Shown here: piece after piece, positions 58,903 through 64,000 of the stretch
Numbering within the stretch: the stretch's first letter is position 1
How the letters are laid out: each line of letters opens with the position of its first letter
Origin: Candidatus Eiseniibacteriota bacterium
Lineage (GTDB): Bacteria; Eisenbacteria; RBG-16-71-46; JABDJR01
NCBI GenBank assembly: GCA_963762255.1
Contig: CAVXKA010000002.1
Span: 912,628-976,627, forward strand
DNA length: 64,000 bases
Direction: 5' to 3'
The notes under the pieces: model-generated
What the model saw: only the letters and a program-made list of their open reading frames with translations
Database searches by the model: none
What the model was told of the DNA's origin: nothing
Made by a program: the position numbers and the translations under genes

Positions 58903-58940
58903 TTGTAATTCTTTATAGTCTCTGTAATTCAGTATAGATT
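58903..58940. promoter_or_regulatory. AT-rich island with two tandem imperfect 19-bp direct repeats (TTGTAATTCTTTATAGTCT / CTGTAATTCAGTATAGATT) upstream of the secreted-paralog operon
   Basis: Local AT content is far above the roughly 30% AT background. It contains the sub-repeats TGTAATTC x2, TATAG x2 and ATTCAGTA x2. It sits 170-210 nt upstream of the start at 58733 on the minus strand. Confidence 0.4.
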
Positions 58941-58960
58941 CAGTACGGTTTGCGGGCGTG

Positions 58961-61464
58961 TCACCTCAATAGAAGCAGTCGGCTGCTGACGGAGCGGCCG
59001 GGGGTGTCGAGCCGCGCGAAGTAGGTCCCCCGCGGGAGCGACCGCCCATCCGCCCCGCGGCCATCCCATACGATCTCCTTCTCCCCCATCTCGGAGTATC
59101 CCTGGCTCAAGATCCGAACCACGCGTCCAGCCGCATCGAACAGTGCGAGGCGATAGGATGATGGGCGGTCCATAGAGAAACGGATCCGACTTTCCGCGCT
59201 GAACGGGTTGGGGAACGCCCGAAGCGGGCGCGAGAAACCGGGCGTCTCGGGGAGATCCGATCCGGCGGAGAGAGCCGATGCGGGCGGATAGGCCAGAACG
59301 ACGATATCGTCGATCAACCACCCCGGCATTTCGACTCCCGAATCGCTTCGCAGCCGGAAGCGCAAGCTCAGGGCACTGGCTCCAGCGTGGTCGGACAGAT
59401 CGATCTCCTCATCCACCCACAGGCGCCTATCTCCATCGTAGCCGGGAAGACCGAGGGCTTGGGTTCCACCGGCGTAGCCGCCCGTCGTGCCATGGCCGGG
59501 CCGCGTCCACCGCCCGTGCCGGGGTGTCCAGGTCGCTCCGGAATCCGCGCTCACCTCGACGGTGGCGAAATCGAAGCCTGTCTCGACGTCCCACCGGGCG
59601 CGGAATCGCAACACCGCACCGGCCGCTCCGCTCAGATCGAGGAATCCCGCAAGCGTGAGCCGGGACATCGGCGCCCGCTGCATAGTCCGCGATGGGCGAA
59701 TCGGAGAACGCCGAGTCTCCATCCACCGCCTCCAGGCCCCACCCTCCCGAGGCGGTCCAGTGATCGAGAGAAATGTTGCCGCTGTCGACGAATACCTCGG
59801 TGGGCTCGCCCAACCGAAACGTCAACGTGTCGCGTCCGACGTATCCGGCGGCGTCCACGATCTCCAGGTAGAGCGGGACGATCTCTCCGGGGACGGCGTC
59901 CGCGTCCGCGTGCACCACGAGCGATCCGTTCGTGACCGGCCACGATCCCCCTCCGGGAGAAAGATCGGGGAAGTTCGCCTCACCGTCGACGAGGGTGACT
60001 GCGGGGTGGCCTGAGACCGCGTGGACGGTGATGCCCCCCGAGGTCTGGCTCGTGATGCCCATGTGCCGGAGGTAGAAACGCACATCGCGCGTCTCACCGG
60101 GGCGCAGCACCCCGACGGAATCCTCGACTTGCTAGGCTCTCCGCGACCGCGTAGACCCCGGCGGCGTAGGCCGTGGCAACGTGCGAGGGAAGCGTCAGCT
60201 CGGCCAGCGGGAGGATCCGCGACGGCGGCGGCCAGAACCCGTCGTCCTGGTTGCCGATTTCGGTCGTGTAGGCCAGGGCCCTGGGCTTCGACGTGTCGCC
60301 GTACATCCAATCGTTGGCGTCACCGTTCACCGGATAGAGGATTTGACCCGACCGTCCATGGGCGTAATGGTCGACCTCGGTCTTGGCGTCCCCGAGCCGG
60401 ACGAACGCCGCCGAGTCGGGCGTGTCGGCGGCGATGTACCCCCATGGATAGAGGCTCGCTTCGTAGTAGGTGTGCAGGTTGTCGGCGGTGCGAAACGCGT
60501 GGCTCGCGCAGAAATCGCGCACTGCCTGGGTCTCGGGCTCCGAGAACGCAGCCGGCCCACGATACAGATCGCTGGACGGATTCGGAGACGATCCGATGTT
60601 GTCGTAGCCCCACTGATACCCGAAGTTGCGATTGAGATCCACGCCCTCGCGGGCCTCGACGACGCCGTCCCCATCGTTGTCCCGGGCGTTCTTGCGCCAG
60701 AAACCGAACGCGCCCCCCGAGACCCAGGTGGACTCGTTGATCGCATACCCGTCCGGATTGACGACCGGGATGAACCAGATCTCGCGTTCATCCACGAGAT
60801 ACGTGAGCTCGGGATCGGTGCCGTAGCCGTCGATGAGAGCGATCAGAAAGTGGAGCGCCGACTGCATGCTCTCCGGCTCGCGGGCGTGGGTGAGGGAAGT
60901 GAACAGGACTTCGGGGCGGGTACCCAGAGACTTTCCGGGTCCGGCCACCCCGATGGCGAGGATCGGGCGCCCCTGCCTGCTGGTCCCAATCGTGTCCACC
61001 TCTGTGAGGATGTTTTGCATGTCCGCGGCTGCGAGCGAGTCCAGCAGCGCGGCCACCTCATCGTAGGTCCAGAACCCGCCGAGCGAGCCTTGGCCGAAGC
61101 CGGGCACCGAGGCGGATTGAGCGGATGCCCCGGCAAGGGTTCCCGGACCGCGCGGCGCAACGCCGTTCGCGCGGGCCAGATGGGCACCGTAGTCGGCGAC
61201 CACCTCAAGCGGACATAGACCGGCGTCCTCGAGGGCCTCGCGTGCGCCCGGCCAGCCCAGAACCAACGCGCGATAGCCGGGGCGAACCGAGATCAGGTCC
61301 ACGTCGACTCCGACCAGCCGAGCCCAGGCATCCGGGCCCGTGAGATCGACTTCGTAGAGCGGAAGCGGCCCGAGAACGGAGGACGGCCGGCCCGCCCCCC
61401 CCAACACGACTGCGGCCAGGAAGATGGGGAGTATCAGAGATAGAGAGCGAGGGAATATCCGCAT
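58961..61464 (-). pseudogene. M14 zinc carboxypeptidase with C-terminal MAM/choice-of-anchor-like domain and FlgD/T9SS-like sorting tail, split over three frames by two 1-nt frameshifts (about 60095-60125 and about 59660-59668)
   Basis: Segment 1 (60094..61464): signal peptide MRIFPRSLSLILPIFLAAVVLG, M14 motifs HAREPES (HxxE) and NPDGY. Segment 2 (track ORF 59427..60110; sense portion ~59660..60110): ...GETRDVRFYLRHMGITSQ...DSPIADYAAGAD. Segment 3 (58961..59667): ...SRLTLAGFLDLSGAAGAVLRFRARWDVETGFDFATVEVSADSGATWT...GTYFARLDTPGRSVSSRLLLLR. Both junctions sit next to 3-4-nt G/C homopolymers. Confidence 0.65.
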
Positions 61465-61560
61465 GCTCAGAATCATACCAGCCTCGGAAGGAGCGCTCGG
61501 CCGGGCCTCCCCCGCCATCGGGTTTGGCGGGACATGGTCCACCCGCTACAATCCCCACCC

Positions 61561-62244
61561 ATGAAAATCACGCTTCCTTGGCGCAGCATACTCGTGCTCG
61601 TGGTGGTGGGCGCCGCCATGGGACTCGCCTTCAACCTACTTCGCCCCGATCCTCTCCCCTGGGTGGCCCAGGCCAAAGCCACCGTGAACTTGGAGGATCT
61701 CACGATCCCCGCGCCGGACACCGGCAGGGTAGAACCGGCGCGCGAGACCCCGGCGGTCACGACCCCGGTTTCCGCCGACCCATCGCCCGTGACCCCGGCC
61801 ACCCATGACACGCCACCCGCCAACTCCATCCCCGTCCCGCCCGCTGCCGAAGCCCGGCCGCCGGCAGACAGGGATCTCTATCCCGATATCCCGGAGGCCG
61901 TCCTTCCGATCAGTATTTCGCTGGAGCAAGCCAAGGGCTTCTACGATCGGCGAGGGCTCCTCGTTCTGGACGCGCGCGAGATGGAGGAATTCGGGGAGGG
62001 CCACATCAAGGGTGCGGAGGCGGCCCCGTACGACGACAAGGTCGCGGACAGCGATTGGATGGAGAAGACGGCCGCAGATCCGCGGCCGATCCTCGTCTAC
62101 TGCACCGGAGGAGAGTGCGAGCTGTCCCACGATCTCGCCGACGAGATCCTGCGCACCGGGCACAAGCGGGTGATGATCCTGACCGCGGGGTACGAGGACT
62201 GGAAGAAAGCGGGCTATCCGACCGCAACGGGGGTGACACCATGA
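61561..62244 (+). CDS. Membrane-anchored rhodanese-domain protein
   Basis: TM helix (ILVLVVVGAAMGLAF), Pro/Thr-rich linker, C-terminal rhodanese fold with CTGGEC active-site-loop-like motif (VYCTGGECELS). Confidence 0.6.
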   Translation: MKITLPWRSILVLVVVGAAMGLAFNLLRPDPLPWVAQAKATVNLEDLTIPAPDTGRVEPARETPAVTTPVSADPSPVTPATHDTPPANSIPVPPAAEARPPADRDLYPDIPEAVLPISISLEQAKGFYDRRGLLVLDAREMEEFGEGHIKGAEAAPYDDKVADSDWMEKTAADPRPILVYCTGGECELSHDLADEILRTGHKRVMILTAGYEDWKKAGYPTATGVTP

Positions 62245-62693
62245 TCGAGCGATCTGCGTGGGGGTGGCGGTATGCGCCTCGCTTCTTGCTAGGAGCGCTC
62301 TTCCTCTGGGCATCGCTGGCCAAGATCGGCAACATCGATGGCTTCGCGACGGATCTTCACCATTACCGGATCCTTCCCCTTGCACTCGAAAACATCCTCG
62401 CGATGATGTTGCCTTGGATCGAGGTTCTGGCCGGGCTCGCTCTGGTGCTGAACTTCGCGCCCCGAGCGGGCAGCGTGATCCTGGGTGTCATGCTCGTCGT
62501 GTTCATCGCCGCGATCTTGAGCGCGATGGCGCGCGACCTCGACATCGCGTGCGGCTGCTTCGGCACGGCCGACGCCACGCGCACCGGATGGATCGCCCTC
62601 CTGCGCGACCTTGGCTTCCTGGCTCTCGCGTGGGTCGGCTATCCGCGCGAGCGCGTCACGAGCCCACTTCACACGACGCACGCGCACGCGTAG
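62241..62693 (+). CDS. MauE/DoxX-family membrane protein
   Basis: 150 aa from MIERSAWGWRYAPRFLLGALFLWASLAKIGNIDGF.... About 4 TMs and a CGCFG motif typical of MauE. The ATG overlaps the rhodanese gene stop. Confidence 0.55.
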   Translation: MIERSAWGWRYAPRFLLGALFLWASLAKIGNIDGFATDLHHYRILPLALENILAMMLPWIEVLAGLALVLNFAPRAGSVILGVMLVVFIAAILSAMARDLDIACGCFGTADATRTGWIALLRDLGFLALAWVGYPRERVTSPLHTTHAHA

Positions 62694-62702
62694 TCTCCCC
62701 GC

Positions 62703-63464
62703 GTGCACGAGCTGGTTCTTGGCCTCATCCTTGTGGGCGGGTTCGTCGCCGGCATCCTCAACACGCTGGCCGGCGGCGGATCTCTCATCACCCTCCCCCT
62801 TCTGATCTTCTCCGGTCTTCCCGCCGGGGTCGCCAACGGCACCAACCGGGTGGCGATCGTGCTGCAGAACGTCGGGGGGCTGGCCGGCTTCCGCAAGCAC
62901 GGCCTGGGCGTGGGCCGGGACGCGTGGATCCTCCTCATCCCCTCGATGGCGGGGGCGATCCTCGGGGCCAAGCTCGCCGTCGACCTGGACGAGGCGATGA
63001 TGCGCCGAGCGATCGCGGTGCTCCTCGTCATCATGCTCGTCCCGATCCTGCGCTCCACGAGACCCGCCGTGAAGAAGGCTCCGGTCTCGCTCTCCTTCCC
63101 GTGGTGGGTCTGGCCCGCCTACTTCGTGGTCGGGGTCTACGGGGGATTCCTGCAGGCGGGGGTGGGGTTCCTATACCTCGCACTCCTCGCCGGCGCGCAG
63201 GGGCTCGACCTCTTGCGCGCGAACGTGATCAAGGTGTTCCTGATCCTCGCCTACAGCGTGGTCGCGTTGGCGATGTTCGCCGCCGAGGGGAAGGTGGCCC
63301 CGGTGCAGGGGTTGGTGCTCGCCGTCGGCAACATGGCGGGTGGGTGGGTCGGCGCGCACATGGCGGTGCGCAGGGGAGAGCGCCTCATCCGCGTGATTCT
63401 GGTGGTCGCGGTTCTCGCTTCCGCCGCGAAGCTCACCGGTCTCCTCGATCTCCTGTTTCGCTGA
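62703..63464 (+). CDS. Sulfite exporter TauE/SafE (DUF81) family membrane protein
   Basis: 253 aa. GFVAGILNTLAGGGSLITLPLLIF and the duplicated 4-TM architecture of TauE/SafE. Confidence 0.65.
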   Translation: MHELVLGLILVGGFVAGILNTLAGGGSLITLPLLIFSGLPAGVANGTNRVAIVLQNVGGLAGFRKHGLGVGRDAWILLIPSMAGAILGAKLAVDLDEAMMRRAIAVLLVIMLVPILRSTRPAVKKAPVSLSFPWWVWPAYFVVGVYGGFLQAGVGFLYLALLAGAQGLDLLRANVIKVFLILAYSVVALAMFAAEGKVAPVQGLVLAVGNMAGGWVGAHMAVRRGERLIRVILVVAVLASAAKLTGLLDLLFR

Positions 63465-63520
63465 TCGGTCCCGGGGGGAGGCCGCTTCCGTCGGCAGCCG
63501 TGCGGCGCTAGAATCCCCGC

Positions 63521-63982
63521 ATGGACCTCCAGGCCACCTATCACGAAGGCCATCTCATCGTGGCCGCGATCCGCATCCTCAAGCATCGCCACGGCGGTCG
63601 ACCTCCCACGGTGGAAGAAGTCGCGGAGCACATCGGGCTCTCGCGCGAGTGGATCGGCGTCATGGCCGCCGCGATGGGGCGTGCCGGCGTGCTCGACGAG
63701 CTCACCGGCCCCTTCGAGACGCGCATCGAGATCCGCGACCATCTCGCACTGGAAGATCTGCCGCGCGCCGACGCCACCGCGGGCGTGGACGAGGAGTTGC
63801 GCGAGTTCTCGGCGAAGAAGCGCGAGGAGGAAGAGGGGCTTCGCAAGCTCTTCGCTTCAGGCGACGCGCTCAAGAAGCAGCAGTCCAAGATGGGCAAGCT
63901 CGCCGACGACCTCAAGCGCTACAAGCCCAAGGGGCCGACCGCGACTCCCCTCTTCAAGGACGCCCCCCCCGAGGACGACTAG
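63521..63982 (+). CDS. Hypothetical protein
   Basis: 153 aa, acidic/charged C-terminal half. Coding-like composition. No recognisable family. Confidence 0.35.
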   Translation: MDLQATYHEGHLIVAAIRILKHRHGGRPPTVEEVAEHIGLSREWIGVMAAAMGRAGVLDELTGPFETRIEIRDHLALEDLPRADATAGVDEELREFSAKKREEEEGLRKLFASGDALKKQQSKMGKLADDLKRYKPKGPTATPLFKDAPPEDD

Positions 63983-64000
63983 CGAGGACGACCCACGGCA

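Overview
This is a high-GC (~70%) bacterial chromosomal window with about 60 protein-coding genes, mostly on the minus strand and often with 4-nt start/stop overlaps. I found no rRNA, tRNA or CRISPR arrays. The main feature is a compact ten-gene bacterial microcompartment (BMC) operon at 9930-16045 (minus strand). It encodes three BMC-P pentamers, one BMC-H hexamer, two BMC-T trimers, a CoA-acylating aldehyde dehydrogenase, deoxyribose-phosphate aldolase (DeoC) and ribose-5-phosphate isomerase B (RpiB), each enzyme with an N-terminal encapsulation-peptide-like extension, plus a DinB-family gene. This matches the sugar-phosphate-utilisation (SPU) type of metabolosome. A five-gene nucleoside catabolism/salvage operon (hpt, nucleobase deaminase-like amidohydrolase, add, udk, purine nucleoside phosphorylase) sits immediately beside it. 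An ADP-forming acetyl-CoA synthetase, a universal stress protein, and three DNA base-excision repair genes (tag, mutY, alkD-like) are elsewhere in the window. A second notable cluster (26858-31147) looks like bacterial ceramide synthesis: serine palmitoyltransferase-like oxoamine synthase, GNAT-like N-acyltransferase, epimerase/dehydratase-family reductase and a PAP2 membrane protein. Other content is a DUF222-HNH endonuclease, a pair of ~64-nt inverted repeats flanking a 12-kb block, dapD/dapC/dapE, korAB-type 2-oxoacid:ferredoxin oxidoreductase, two giant tandem paralogous lipoproteins, and secreted proteins with FlgD/T9SS-like C-terminal sorting tails. Four genes (mutY, pit, and an M14 carboxypeptidase twice) are interrupted by single-nucleotide frameshifts next to short homopolymers, which I read as probable assembly errors. 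Start coordinates for genes nested in longer track ORFs were derived by codon arithmetic from the ORF ends. Motif coordinates read off the sequence may be off by 1-2 nt.
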